Positions 35,614 to 46,811 of a stretch of DNA of 64,000 bases are shown in pieces. The position numbers were made by a program, and so were the translations under genes. Source of the DNA: Endomicrobiales bacterium (lineage in GTDB: Bacteria > Elusimicrobiota > Endomicrobiia > Endomicrobiales > CAWCFT01); assembly GCA_963794945.1 (NCBI GenBank), contig CAWCFT010000004.1, positions 1-64,000 of the forward strand, written 5' to 3'. A model generated the notes under the pieces. The model saw only the letters and a program-made list of their open reading frames with translations, ran no database searches and was not told where the DNA came from. Position 1 is the stretch's first letter, and every line of letters begins with the position of its first letter.

Positions 35614-35796
35614 GTATTTTATTATTTTGGTTTATATTGCCTGAACACCCATCCGGATATACGTTTCTACCGCGTCTGTATGTTTTTTGAGCAACGGCAA
35701 CCCTCCCTGTTTGACCCACCTGCTTGACCGGCTGGCAAGGCCAAACACGTAATATGCCTTGCCTTTCATGCCTTCCAGCCGTGGTGGCAATTAGAA

Positions 35797-36741
35797 CTAC
35801 CTGGTTGAGACATATATTTTAGAGCGATAGCTGGTCTTTATCAGTTCATCCTCTACGTAAACTTCAACCACGAAAAAGTACTTTTTCCCGCGGTATTTTT
35901 CATCTTTGGGAAAACTTATTGAAAAAGGAAGCTTTTTTATCTCGAGCGGGTTTATCTTCAATTTCTCTTTTGGAAAAGATAAAAATGAAGGATTTGGAGT
36001 GTTTTCCCAGCCTGGCGGGGCTATTATTCCGGTTTCGGAAACCTGCAGGCTTTTTATTCTAACCTTAACCGGTTCATCACCTGTATTGACCAGCTTGAGG
36101 AACGTGCCTTTTTCTTTTTCAACATCCACATTTTTCCCTATCGGCACATCTTCCACAGGCAGGTCATTCGGAGTGAGTTCGATGTTGACCAGTTTGTATT
36201 TGGCTTTTTCAAATTTCTTTTTTTCTTCTTCTGTAAGCGCCCTGGGCGCGATTGTGAACTTGAGCGCGCCCAAGACTCCAACTCCGACAACAGCGGCCGC
36301 TGATCGGTCAAGGCTATCCATGGGAACAGTCTTCGCCAATATCTTCATTTGATATTTATGCCCCAGATATTTTTCGTCATTTGGTATCCTTATCACGATA
36401 TCCGCCGAACCGGTTTCACCCGCCATAAGAACAAAATTATCTTTTGAAATGCTCACCCATGTCATATCCGGCACGGGTTCGAAACCGGGCATGCATTCAC
36501 CGGTGGTTGTATTAAGAAGCGTTACTTGCACTCTGTTCTGCATAAAAGTGGAAGTAATTTTGTAGGGCATGCTTCCCATTTGCGTGAGGTTGTAAACCTG
36601 GCCGATCCTTAAATTATCTATCTCTAAATCGGCTGTTGGGCATGCTAGCCCCGCAAAAGCCCTGCATGGAATAAAAATGGCCGCAATGCATGCAAGCATT
36701 ACGGCAGTCATAAATACCCTGAATTTTGAACAAAATATCAT
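35797..36741 (-). CDS. Secreted two-Ig-domain chaperone-like protein (PapD/DUF916-like pattern)
   Basis: Signal peptide; two internally similar domains ending IPNDEKYLGHKY and FPKDEKYRGKKY; WVSISKDNFVLMAGE and LVNTGDEP motifs. Confidence 0.65.
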   Translation of the reverse strand: MIFCSKFRVFMTAVMLACIAAIFIPCRAFAGLACPTADLEIDNLRIGQVYNLTQMGSMPYKITSTFMQNRVQVTLLNTTTGECMPGFEPVPDMTWVSISKDNFVLMAGETGSADIVIRIPNDEKYLGHKYQMKILAKTVPMDSLDRSAAAVVGVGVLGALKFTIAPRALTEEEKKKFEKAKYKLVNIELTPNDLPVEDVPIGKNVDVEKEKGTFLKLVNTGDEPVKVRIKSLQVSETGIIAPPGWENTPNPSFLSFPKEKLKINPLEIKKLPFSISFPKDEKYRGKKYFFVVEVYVEDELIKTSYRSKIYVSTR

Positions 36742-36816
36742 TTTCTGCTCCTCCTTTGGAAATCAATAATATAATTTTTTAAATATAACGTCAAATAGTA
36801 AAATCTAATACTACCG

Positions 36817-38235
36817 CTACGGATTAGTTTGTTGGGCAGTTATAGTCACTGTAATGCTCTCTTGAGCGGTTGTGCCCGTGGCCAGCGGTGTTGAAAGGTT
36901 AAACCACAGGTTCCGCTGCGTGTCAGTTGAAATTGCAGGAAATGGGTCAACATTTGCGCCTGTTTTGGAGCCGTCAATGGTGAACATCGAGCCCGTGCAT
37001 AATATGCTTGAAAGGCTTAATTGATTGCCGTTTGTATTATAGCTCGCGAGGCTCGCGGGCCTTGGCCCGTTAAACGCCGCCTGTAGTTCAAAAGTATTCA
37101 TTGCCGGCGAAGCGGCTAACAGAAAATCAGTTGTGCTTGAGCCCTGTATATTGTAGGTTTCATAAACATTTCCTGAATTTGTTACTACGGCAGGATTATA
37201 GGTGTCAGTTGAAATGTTTGTCGCAAGTGTCCCGTAATAAAACCACGTAGTCGGCAAAGTAATGCTTAAATTCACCATGGTTGCCCACGTGTTAGTCGAA
37301 TTCGATATGCTTGACCAGCTTAACATCTCATTAGCGGTCCATAAAGCTATGTAATAGGTTACACCCTGCTGTAGAGAGGTAAGGTTGCATGACTGGTAAG
37401 AGCCGGGGGTCACACTCGCGGTAGATAAATATACAGTGTCAACAGAATACGTGCTGTAGGTCACGCCTGACCAGCTTGAGCGCTGTATCGCGTACTCGCT
37501 TCCCGCAAGCAGTGTTCCGCTGTAGCCGTTGTCCCCCGGGGCGGTCCACACAAGCTGGATGCTTCTTCCGTATTGCCCCTGGAAAGCATTAAGGTTTGTT
37601 ACAGGCCCGGGCGCCCAGAGGAACATGCATGTCGCGCCGTTAGAAAGGTCGGACCAGTTGCAGGCCTGGTCAAGCGTCCACATCATGAAATAATAAGTAG
37701 TCCCTTTAACAAGGCCGGTTATGGGCCAGCTGCAGGCTGAACCGGGGTTAACATTCCCTGTAGATATCACTATTTCGCATGTATTTGTATTCCTTTTGTT
37801 ATTCCAGTAACCGGGGTTTGTTGCGTTCGCAAGGACAGTGGTGGACGCTATAAAGATCTGCGTCCCCATAAGCAGCTGCCCTGTGCCCTGGTCGTCACCC
37901 GGGGCTATCCACGAAAGCGTCAGCGCTCCCACCTGTGCATTGGCATATAAATTAAGGGTTGTTATGTTATTCGGGGCTATCAGGTCCTGCCCAAGGTATC
38001 CCGCGTTAAGAGTATAAGCGCCGCCGGTAAGGGTGGTAATGCCACCCGGCTCGCCTATCGTTCCCATCAGGCTGGTGGCGCCGTTGGTATAGCCTGCAAC
38101 GGGCGCACCGCCGGCGTCAAGGTTGTCAACCGTTATCTCAAACGTGCCGCCGGTCATCACGGGCCGGCTGGCCTCTAAAGCCGAAGCTGAAAATAGGGCT
38201 ATGGATAATAAAAGGCAGAATCTTCTGATATCCAT
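36817..38235 (-). CDS. Secreted protein with two FN3 domains and a C-terminal pilin-like domain (candidate tip or adaptor)
   Basis: LSWIAPGDD and LVWTAPGDN FN3 repeats; C-terminal RNLWFNLSTPLATGTTAQESITVTITAQ. Confidence 0.78.
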   Translation of the reverse strand: MDIRRFCLLLSIALFSASALEASRPVMTGGTFEITVDNLDAGGAPVAGYTNGATSLMGTIGEPGGITTLTGGAYTLNAGYLGQDLIAPNNITTLNLYANAQVGALTLSWIAPGDDQGTGQLLMGTQIFIASTTVLANATNPGYWNNKRNTNTCEIVISTGNVNPGSACSWPITGLVKGTTYYFMMWTLDQACNWSDLSNGATCMFLWAPGPVTNLNAFQGQYGRSIQLVWTAPGDNGYSGTLLAGSEYAIQRSSWSGVTYSTYSVDTVYLSTASVTPGSYQSCNLTSLQQGVTYYIALWTANEMLSWSSISNSTNTWATMVNLSITLPTTWFYYGTLATNISTDTYNPAVVTNSGNVYETYNIQGSSTTDFLLAASPAMNTFELQAAFNGPRPASLASYNTNGNQLSLSSILCTGSMFTIDGSKTGANVDPFPAISTDTQRNLWFNLSTPLATGTTAQESITVTITAQQTNP

Positions 38236-38553
38236 TGTTTGTCCCGCTTATCTTAATAAATCCGAAATTCGAAGCACGAAATCCGAAAAAATTACAAACT
38301 GATAATAGCCTGGAGCTTGTAGCCTGCAGCTTGCAGCCTACCATTGCCTCTAATGCCTTTCGTTATGTGCCCTGTTTTATATCAAATATCAAAAATCAAA
38401 AGTCAAAAGTACATTTCAAAATCTAAATATTTTTAATCTTTAACCTATATTTTTGATCTTTGATATTTAATTTTTGATTTGCTTATGCCATGTTGAAAGT
38501 TAACGACTTTGGTTTCACTTACCACTTACCACTTATCCCTTATCGCTGCTGTT

Positions 38554-41500
38554 TCACGGATAACTAGTCGTAGCGGCCCTTAATTCCCTTAAATGAATGC
38601 CCCTTATAAGCGAGCCCGAGGTCATAGGCACGGGGTTCGTGAAAACAGGGGTTGACCCCGTGACATTATAATAAGGGGATGCCACCGCGTCCCGCAGTTG
38701 GTTGAGATGCACCCCCCTTATGAGGCTGCCAGCGCCCAGCGTTGACCAGCTTTGATCCCACGGATAAGTTCCGCTTCCGCGCAATGTCCTGACATTATTT
38801 ATGGCTTTTTGAAGGTCCAGAAAATGCGCCGCTCTTATTGGAGTTGACCCGTCCGTAATAGGGTCGGTCATGCCTACAGTCATTGTGCTCAGCATTACGG
38901 CGATGGTGTTGGACCAGGGCGGCGACTGCAGGCCCTGCGAATCCTTAATAAGCGCCCTCACATACCACGTCGTGCCCAGAGGAAGCCCCGCTCCTGTGGG
39001 GTATAATGTGTGCATTATCGAGTTAGTGCTGTAACACGGCAGTGTGACAAAACTACTGCTAAACGATGGGGTGGTAGACCAGTAATCTGTGGTAAGAGGC
39101 GTAAAACTGTTGTTGGCGGATATCTGAATTCTGGCCGCGCTTATCTGGTATGCGTCTGTATCGGTAAAAACTATCCATGGATGCGGATTATACGTAAATC
39201 CAAGGCCGGTGCCCGAAACCGGCGAAGTTATTGTAACGGCGGACGGCTCCAGCGCTTCATTAGCTCCTATATCCCAGGCAATACCTTGCGGCCTCGCATT
39301 GCCTAAAATATCGTAATTGAACGGTATCACCGGATCTGTCGCCAGGCTTGTTCCGTAGTCTCTGGCGCCGTTGTCCGTTGCGGTAATAAGATAATTGTTG
39401 GATCCCGAGTTTACGAATGTAAAAGTCTGGTTGGCCCGGTTTCCGCTCCCGCCGTAGCTGGTCGCTGTGCCGTCGGCTGACGCGCAGTAATTAACAGCGT
39501 AGCCGACACCCGTATTAAGAGAAAAATCCCTATAGCCGCTGACCCCCAGGCAGTTAGTTACTGTCGCTGTCTGTACGGATGCTGACCTGAAGCCGCGCCC
39601 GTTAGGGCATATACCTGTGCAATTGTAAGCGTATGTCGTTACGCCAGTGCCCCCGTTGGAATAAAAAGCGGCGACTGTATTAGAATAACTTGAGTTGTTA
39701 ATGCCTATGCAGTTCCACCACTCTATCGTAAAGGGGTTGGCGGTTATGCTCCAGCAATCAAACGTAAAGTAATTATCAGTATCACCAGTACCCAAATACC
39801 AGCCGAAGCAATCTGAGAACTTGACCAGACCGGTTGTTGACTGGCCAGTTACAAAATATGTGCGGCTGTTACTAGTCGGTTCATATATTGAAAGCCCGTC
39901 AACCCAAACGTAGTTGTCCTGGATTATAAGTTCCCCTTGTATCCTATACCCGTTGCCCCAAGTCCCGTTGTGCCTCTGCGACATCCCTACCTCCGCGCTT
40001 GATACAGGAGTGTATATCTTTACATAGTTGCTCGAACTGGTTGTCCAACCTGTCTCAGTTACGGACACGTTGTCCACCCCGTCCGCGTAACAAGGCACCA
40101 TCATTATATAATTCGACGACACCAGGTTCTGGCTTGCCAGAGGTACCTGTCCGCTGACCGCGCCGCTGATATTTGAATTCACGGTCGAGTTTCCTTCCCA
40201 GTTTCCAAGTGAATTGTAACAGCGGTAGACGCTGGCGCTTGTGCCGGCAGAAGCTGACTGCGGCGTTCCGCCGTTTGAACTCTGAACCGTGAAAGTCGTT
40301 GCATTTGCGCGCCCGCAAATAAAGGCAATATATGTACTGCCATAAACAATGGCGTCCCCGACGCCCACATTATTCGGCATATTCCCGCTGAACGTGGCGG
40401 TGGTCCCGGCTATAGTCACTGTGTAAGAATTAGTATTGAGATTGGTCGCGGTCGTCCCAACTGAACGGTACAGGCCGGTGATTGGAGGTTCCGCCGTCTC
40501 ATAAGCTCCTATATCCCAGGCAGGACCGATTGGCCTCGTATTGCCGCAAATATCGGTATTGAACGGTATAACCGGGTCAGCCGAGAGGTTTTCGCCATAG
40601 TCTCTGGCGCCGTTATCCGTTGACGCGATAAGATAATTATAATTGGGGTTTCCCGGGCTTACGAATGTAAAAGTCTGGCCGCTCCGATTTCCCGTCCCGC
40701 CGTAACTGGTCGCTGTGCCGTCGGCGGACGCGCAATAATTAACAGTATAGCCGGCACCCGTATTAAGAGAGAAATCCCCTACCGCTTTGCCCCAGGCAGT
40801 TAGTCAGTGTTGCTTGATGCACCGCTGCTGAGGCGAACGCGTACCCTGTGGGACATATCCCTGTGCAATTGTAAGCATACACAGTTACATTATTAGAGCT
40901 ACCTGTATAGTCGCCGTTGAAATAAAAAGCTGCAGGCGTTCCAGCTTCAGTTGAGTTATTAAGGCCTATGCAATTCCAGTATTCTATCGTAACGGTGCCG
41001 CTATAATTATAATTGTCAAACGTTCTAAGCCCGCCACTGCTCTGATTCCAGGCGAAGCAATTTGATATCTGGATCAGCCCCGGGCCCGGCACCGGGTTAC
41101 TGCTTGAAGTATCGCCGCAAAAAAATGTACGGTAATAATTCGGATAATTATATACTGAAATCCCGTCAATTTTGAAGTAGTTATCGTAGATAATAAAAGA
41201 CCCCTGTATCCTGTACCCATTGCCCCAAGTCCCGTTGTGCCTCTGTGATACCCCTACCTCCGCGCTGGATATAGGAGTGTATATTTTTATATAGTTGCTC
41301 AGCCCGGTTTTCCAACCCGACTCATTTAAAGTTCCATCTACCCCGTCCGCGTAACAGGGCACCATCATTATTACATTTGACGTCACCAGGTTAGAGCTCG
41401 GCAGAACAACGAAATTACTGCTGATACCCGCGCCGGTGATACCGGTATTTACAGTTGTGTTATTGCTCCAGTTCTGGAGCGAAGTGTAACAGCGGTAGAC

Positions 41501-43032
41501 ACTGGCGGCTGCCCGGAAGCCAACGGCGGTGGCCCGCCGGTTGAATTCTGAACCGTGAAATGCTGTGAATCTGTGCGCCCGCAAATAAAGGCGATGCTGG
41601 AGCCGTAAACAATGGCGTCTCCTACTCCCACGTTATTCGGCATGGCCCCGCTGAATGTGGCGTTGGTCCCGGATATGGTCAGCGTGTTCCCGGTATTGAG
41701 ATTGGCCGTATTACCGGGCCCCACTGAGCGGTACAGGGCTGTAACCGGGGCGAGCACTGGCGCCTCATACGCTCCTATATCCCAGGCAGGGCCCTGGGGC
41801 CTTGTATTGCCGCAAATATCGTAACTGAACGGTATCACCGGGTCCGCCGCAAGGCTTTCACCGTGGTCTCTGGCGCCCATGTCCGTCCCCGTAATAAGAT
41901 AATTGTTGGCTGCCGAGTTTACAAATGTAAAAGTCTGGTTGCTCAGGTTTCCGCTCCCCCCATAGCCGGTCGCTGTGCCATCGGCAAACGCGCAATAATT
42001 AACATTGTTGTTCGATAAATTATGGAAATCCCCATAGCCGCTCTGCCCCAGGCAGTTCTTCAGTGTTGCTGAGAGTATGGATGCCTGCTTGAACGCGTAA
42101 CCTGTGGGGCATATCCCCGTGCAATTGTAACAATACGCCGTTACATTAGCGCCGCCGTTGAAATAAAAAGCAGCGGCTCCGGAAGCACTACAGGTGCTGA
42201 TGCCTATATCGTTCCACCACTCTATCGTAAAGGCGCTGGCCGTTATATTCCAATCATCAAACGGATATTGTTGATCACCATTAAGAGTATTCGTATTCCA
42301 GGCGAAACAATCTGAAATCTGGACCAGCCCGGTGGCTGTCTGGCCGCCTACAAAAATTGTGCGGTCATCACCCGACTGATATACGGAAAGCCCGTCAACC
42401 CAAACATAGTTGTCGCCGATATCAAGGTGCCCTGTTATCTGATACCCGCTGCCCCATGTCCCGTTATGCCGCTGTGACGCCCCTACCTCCGCGCTTGCCA
42501 CAGGAGTGTATATCTTTATATAGTAGCTCGCCGAGGTTGTCCAACCCAAATCGGTTGCGTTTCCGTCCATCCCGTCCGCATAACAGGGCACCATAAATAT
42601 TGCACTTAACGACGTCAGGTTCTGGCTCGACAGAGGAACCTGGCCGCTGACCGCGCCGCTGATATTGCTATTCACGCCTGAGTTTCCAAGACAGTTATTG
42701 AGCGAATTATAACAGCGGTAGACATTGGCGCTTACCGCGGAAGCTGCCTGCGGCGTTCCGCCGTTTGAACTCTGAACTGTGAAAGTTGTTGAATTTGTGC
42801 ACCCGCAAATAAAGGCGATATACGTACTGCCGTAAACAATGGCGTCACCAACGCCCACGTTATTTGGCATAGCCACGCTGAATGTGGCGGTGGTGCCGGA
42901 TATTGTCACCGTGCACGCGGAATTGAGATTAGTCGCAGTGGTCCCCACTGAACGGTACAGGCTTACCGCGCAAAAGGCCGTGCCGGCAAAAAGAACCATA
43001 AACAGTGATACAAGAACTATCCTATTTCTCAT
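38554..43032 (-). CDS. Large secreted adhesin-like protein (~1490 aa) with three homologous ~400-aa modules (frameshifts at ~41515 and ~40780)
   Basis: Each module runs LYRSVG..MPNNVGVGDAIVYG..SQRHNGTWG..RPxGxAWDIGAxE; C-terminal triple IRxxHxxxLxxA motif; ORFs 41449..43032, 40763..41584 and 38554..40419 are collinear pieces. Confidence 0.8.
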
Positions 43033-43223
43033 TATTAAATACCTTTTAAATACGTTAGCTCAAAAGTTCTAATTAAAGCATTTTTGTTTAAAAGTTCAAC
43101 GGTTCAAAGGTTCAATTGAACCTTTAATCCTTTGATCCTTTGAACTCGGTTTTATGGTTATTGAACTTTTAAACCCTTGATCCTTTGAACTCGGTCTTAT
43201 GCCTGTTATTGAACCTTTAAACC

Positions 43224-43385
43224 CTAAACCCGGAACATTGTTTTATTTCTTATTACCGCGTCAACCGTTTTCTCGTCTTTGCAAAACCTTTTATAATTCA
43301 AATCTTTTGTATATTTCTCTATCTTTTTAATGGCTCCGAGAATATCTTCAATAAAGAGAATATAATCCCGTTTTTCCTTAAACAT
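43224..43385 (-). pseudogene. Truncated DUF86/HepT-like toxin (53 aa)
   Basis: Manual translation MFKEKRDYILFIEDILGAIKKIEKYT..DEKTVDAVIRN, then homology stops; no RxxxxH motif; overlaps the stop of the MNT gene. Confidence 0.75.
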
Positions 43386-43677
43386 AAAGCACCTCGCGCA
43401 ATATCCTTTCTTTGATCCTCTGTTTTAAGGCATCGCGCATAACCAGATCAACATCCTTTTTCAAGAGTTCTTTTAAATAATATTTCAACCGCATATAGTT
43501 AAAAATGCCTTTATGTCCGCTTTTAAAATCTATCAAAATATCAACATCACTGCCCTTTCTTTGCCTATTATTCACATATGAACCAAATATGCCCATATCT
43601 TCAACATGGTATTGTTCCATGATGTAGCTTTTGTGTGATCTTAGTTTTGTTTCGATTGTATTTAAACCTCTGTTCAC
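43378..43677 (-). CDS. Minimal nucleotidyltransferase (MntA-like antitoxin)
   Basis: GIFGSYV..SDVDILID..VDLV motif, 99 aa. Confidence 0.9.
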   Translation of the reverse strand: MNRGLNTIETKLRSHKSYIMEQYHVEDMGIFGSYVNNRQRKGSDVDILIDFKSGHKGIFNYMRLKYYLKELLKKDVDLVMRDALKQRIKERILREVLYV

Positions 43678-43856
43678 TAGTTTGCCTCCTTACCCATAGT
43701 CTTTAACCTTTCTTGCTCCTTATCTCTGCAGCTTTGAATTTTAATCATTTTTTAATTGAACCTTTAAACCCTTGATCCTTTGAACCGGTTTTTCTGCCCC
43801 TATCTTTGCCTTTTCTTACCCCTTCCCCTTACCACTTATCCCTTACCCCTGTTGTT

Positions 43857-45690
43857 TCATGGCGCATAAACCGAGTAATAGCCCGCCGTGGCGCCGCTGC
43901 CCGTAAAGCTGGCTTTTAACACCGCGTAATTAGTGCCGTCGCCTTTAATATCAAGGCAGTTGCTTCGAATTCCTGCGTTAGTGCCGCTGACCGTAATAGA
44001 ACCGTTGAAGACGTCAAACTGGCAATTCGGGCTGGTTATGCCTACGCCGACGTTGCCGTTCGTATTGCTTATAAAAAATGTCGCGCCGCCGGTTAGTACC
44101 TGAAATTTGCCGGTTGGGCTCGACAATCCTATGCCAATGCCGCCAACGTTAGTAAGCGTGTAGCTCGCAGCGTTGACGTTGGCAGTCCAGGGGGTTTGGC
44201 TACCGGCCGCCCGCATTGCCGCCGGTCAAGTTGCCGTTCACGTCGTTCATCACATATCCCGCTGTACTGAAGCTCTTTACCGCGATACCGGCATTCGTGC
44301 CGCTGACCGTAATAGACCCGTTTACAAGGTCGAATTTTGACGCAGGGTTTGTCGTCCCTACTCCCACGTTCCCGCCCGTTTTTACAACCATATCCGCGGT
44401 GTAGGTTGTCCCGTTCCATTCGGCTATTTCCAGGCGCGGGCCTGAGCCTGCTCCAACGCCAAAGACAAGATTTGTTTCGCCACCGCCGTTACTTTTATTC
44501 CAGCCTACGCTCAATCCCTGATTAAATGATGTATTCGGGTTTACCCCTGTATTTCCGCGGAAATACGACCAGGAGCTGGCTCCGGTGACCCCACTTACGT
44601 CAAACCCACCCAACGGGCCCGTAGTACCTATGCCTACATTTCCGGCTGTATTATCAATAAAAAATGTCGAGCCGCCGGTAAGCACCTGGAATTTTCCGGT
44701 CGGGCTCGAATTGCCGATGCCTACGTAGCCAGTGTTGAGTAATGCCATTGTCTGACTTGTGTTATTTGTAATGAAATATATACTACCCATAGCCTCCATA
44801 CCAAGATCCGGTAGCCCGCCGGGGCCGGGGAAAGAATCTGCCGAGCCGATATAACCTCCCAATGTGCCCCATCGAGAATAACTTATATAGTTGTTAATAC
44901 CCATATTTCCGTTCTGCCCTACTGTAAAATAATCTATCTCACTGGCTCCTGTTCCCGTGCTTACCTTAACAAGCAGATCTGTACCGTTCCAGCTTGAGCT
45001 TGAAACACTTAAAGTAGAAGAAGGAGCCGATGTGCCAACACCCAATTTTCCCCAAAAATAGTTGTTCCCCGTTCCGCTTGATATTACTACGCCGGTTGTA
45101 TCTATATTGCCGTTAACGCTCAATTTCTGATCCGGTACATTGGTTACTATGCCAAGCCTCTTGTTAGTGTTATCCCACACTAAATTGGACGTATCAAAAG
45201 TTGTAGCGTTGATATTGGACTGAAAAGGCACAGCGCCTGTGCCGCCCCCCACCAGGTTCATCGCGACTGCCGCGGAAGTTGTATACAGCGAATAGGCCGA
45301 AGCTTTTATCTGCTCCCTGGGCGTTAACGGGGTCCCGGCTGGTATCTGGACTTCCAGCCAGGGGGTGTGAGCGGACCAGTCTATCGTTGAAAGGTCCGGG
45401 CTTCCGCCGGTAAGTACATAGTTAAATAACCCGCTGGAAACAGCGACGCTTTGGCCGGTGCTGTCCCAGAACGCACTGCCGCCGCTGGACACATCATAAA
45501 GCTTGAACTCCATGCTCTGCATGCCGTTGACTGGAAGCCCGCTGTTTTTAAGACGCCCCTGGTAATTTATCATGCAAGGCACTGGAGCTATCGCGAAGGC
45601 ATCGGCACAACTAAGGAGAAACAGCGCCCCAGCCAGCAGGAACGATAGGCATAAACCGTACCGCTTTGACCCAATTTTTTCAGGATTCAT
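43857..45690 (-). CDS. Secreted fibre-like protein with GNVGIGTTxP repeats (frameshift at ~44207)
   Basis: Signal peptide; PCMINYQGRL N-terminal motif; repeated GNVG(I/V)G..P units; ORF 43857..44216 continues the repeats. Confidence 0.75.
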
Positions 45691-45806
45691 TGTAGTTCTC
45701 CCGTTAAACAAAGTTTATTTTTAAAATTATAGTTTCGAGTTTCAGGTCAAACATAGTTTCGTGTTTCGAAGTTCCATGTTCCGTGTTTAACGTCTTTTTC
45801 TAGAAA

Positions 45807-46505
45807 CTATTCTTTTACCGCTGTTTTTACTTCGGGACTCGAAGCTTGGATATCGGAACTAACTTTGGGTTCTTCCTTCAACCCAAGCAGCGATATGATC
45901 CTGGCCTTGACTGTTTTTAAATCCATGGGCTTGGCAAGAAAATCGTCCGCGCCGCAGGCTAATATTTTTTCCTTGTTATCTGGAGTGTCATAACCGGTAA
46001 TAGCGAGAATTTTAACCCGCTTGTGAAGCTCGGATTCCCTTATGTGCTTGCACACTTCGAAACCGTTTATACCCGGAAGCATGAGGTCGAGGATTATCAT
46101 ATCCGGAAGGTAATCGTTGAGTATGCTGCCCGCGGTAAAACCGTCGAGCACAACCTTAACGTCGACGTTAGGAAAATTATCTTTCACGATACCGGACACG
46201 AACTCCCCCACTTCCGGTTCATCGTCAATAACAAGTATCTTCTTTCTTCCCTGCGAAAAGCCTATATCTTTCTTTATCTGATCTATCGTCAGTCCCTGCT
46301 TATTGAGGAACTGTATCTTACGTATAGTGTCCAAAATCTCTTCTTCGTCATACAGCCGGTGCCCCCCGCGCGTTTCTCCGGAAGTGTTCAGTAGCCCCAT
46401 GTCGGTATAATAACGCACGGTGGAAGACAACACCCCCGCCTTGCGGGCGATATCAGAGATCCTCAATAGGTTCTTATTGGAATTCTTCGACATCTTATTC
46501 CTCAA
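45807..46505 (-). CDS. MerR-family HTH regulator fused to a receiver domain
   Basis: ISDIARKAGV..TVRYYTDMGLL..GGHRLY; ILVIDDE..DLMLPGING..FLAKP. Confidence 0.92.
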   Translation of the reverse strand: MRNKMSKNSNKNLLRISDIARKAGVLSSTVRYYTDMGLLNTSGETRGGHRLYDEEEILDTIRKIQFLNKQGLTIDQIKKDIGFSQGRKKILVIDDEPEVGEFVSGIVKDNFPNVDVKVVLDGFTAGSILNDYLPDMIILDLMLPGINGFEVCKHIRESELHKRVKILAITGYDTPDNKEKILACGADDFLAKPMDLKTVKARIISLLGLKEEPKVSSDIQASSPEVKTAVKE

Positions 46506-46811
46506 ACTCTCTGGAAAAGAAAAAAATTAAAAACAAAAAATAACAATCAGCCAAAACATGCTGAATATTATTAATTAAGCATCGTACTTCACATTTCTAA
46601 TAAACAATTAGCAGATTTGTCTTCAATTGTCAATGGTTAATTGATAAAAATATAAGGCCAAAAAAAATTTCAGATAGTTGTGGTTGGAATTCAGCATGGA
46701 GCCTAACAAAATGTAAAAAATATAGTTTTGGAGCATTTAATAATTTATGCTACGATTGAAATCAAAAATATATTGTTTTTATACTTAAAACATTGATAAT
46801 TTGATGACTTT

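Noticed and set aside
35690..35795. Riboswitch upstream of the pilin-like genes
   Set aside because: A GGCAAGGC/GCCTTGCC hairpin is present but lies upstream of the predicted promoter and matches no aptamer consensus I recognise.
43857..45690. Prophage tail-fibre gene
   Set aside because: It has a signal peptide and there are no capsid, terminase or integrase genes nearby.
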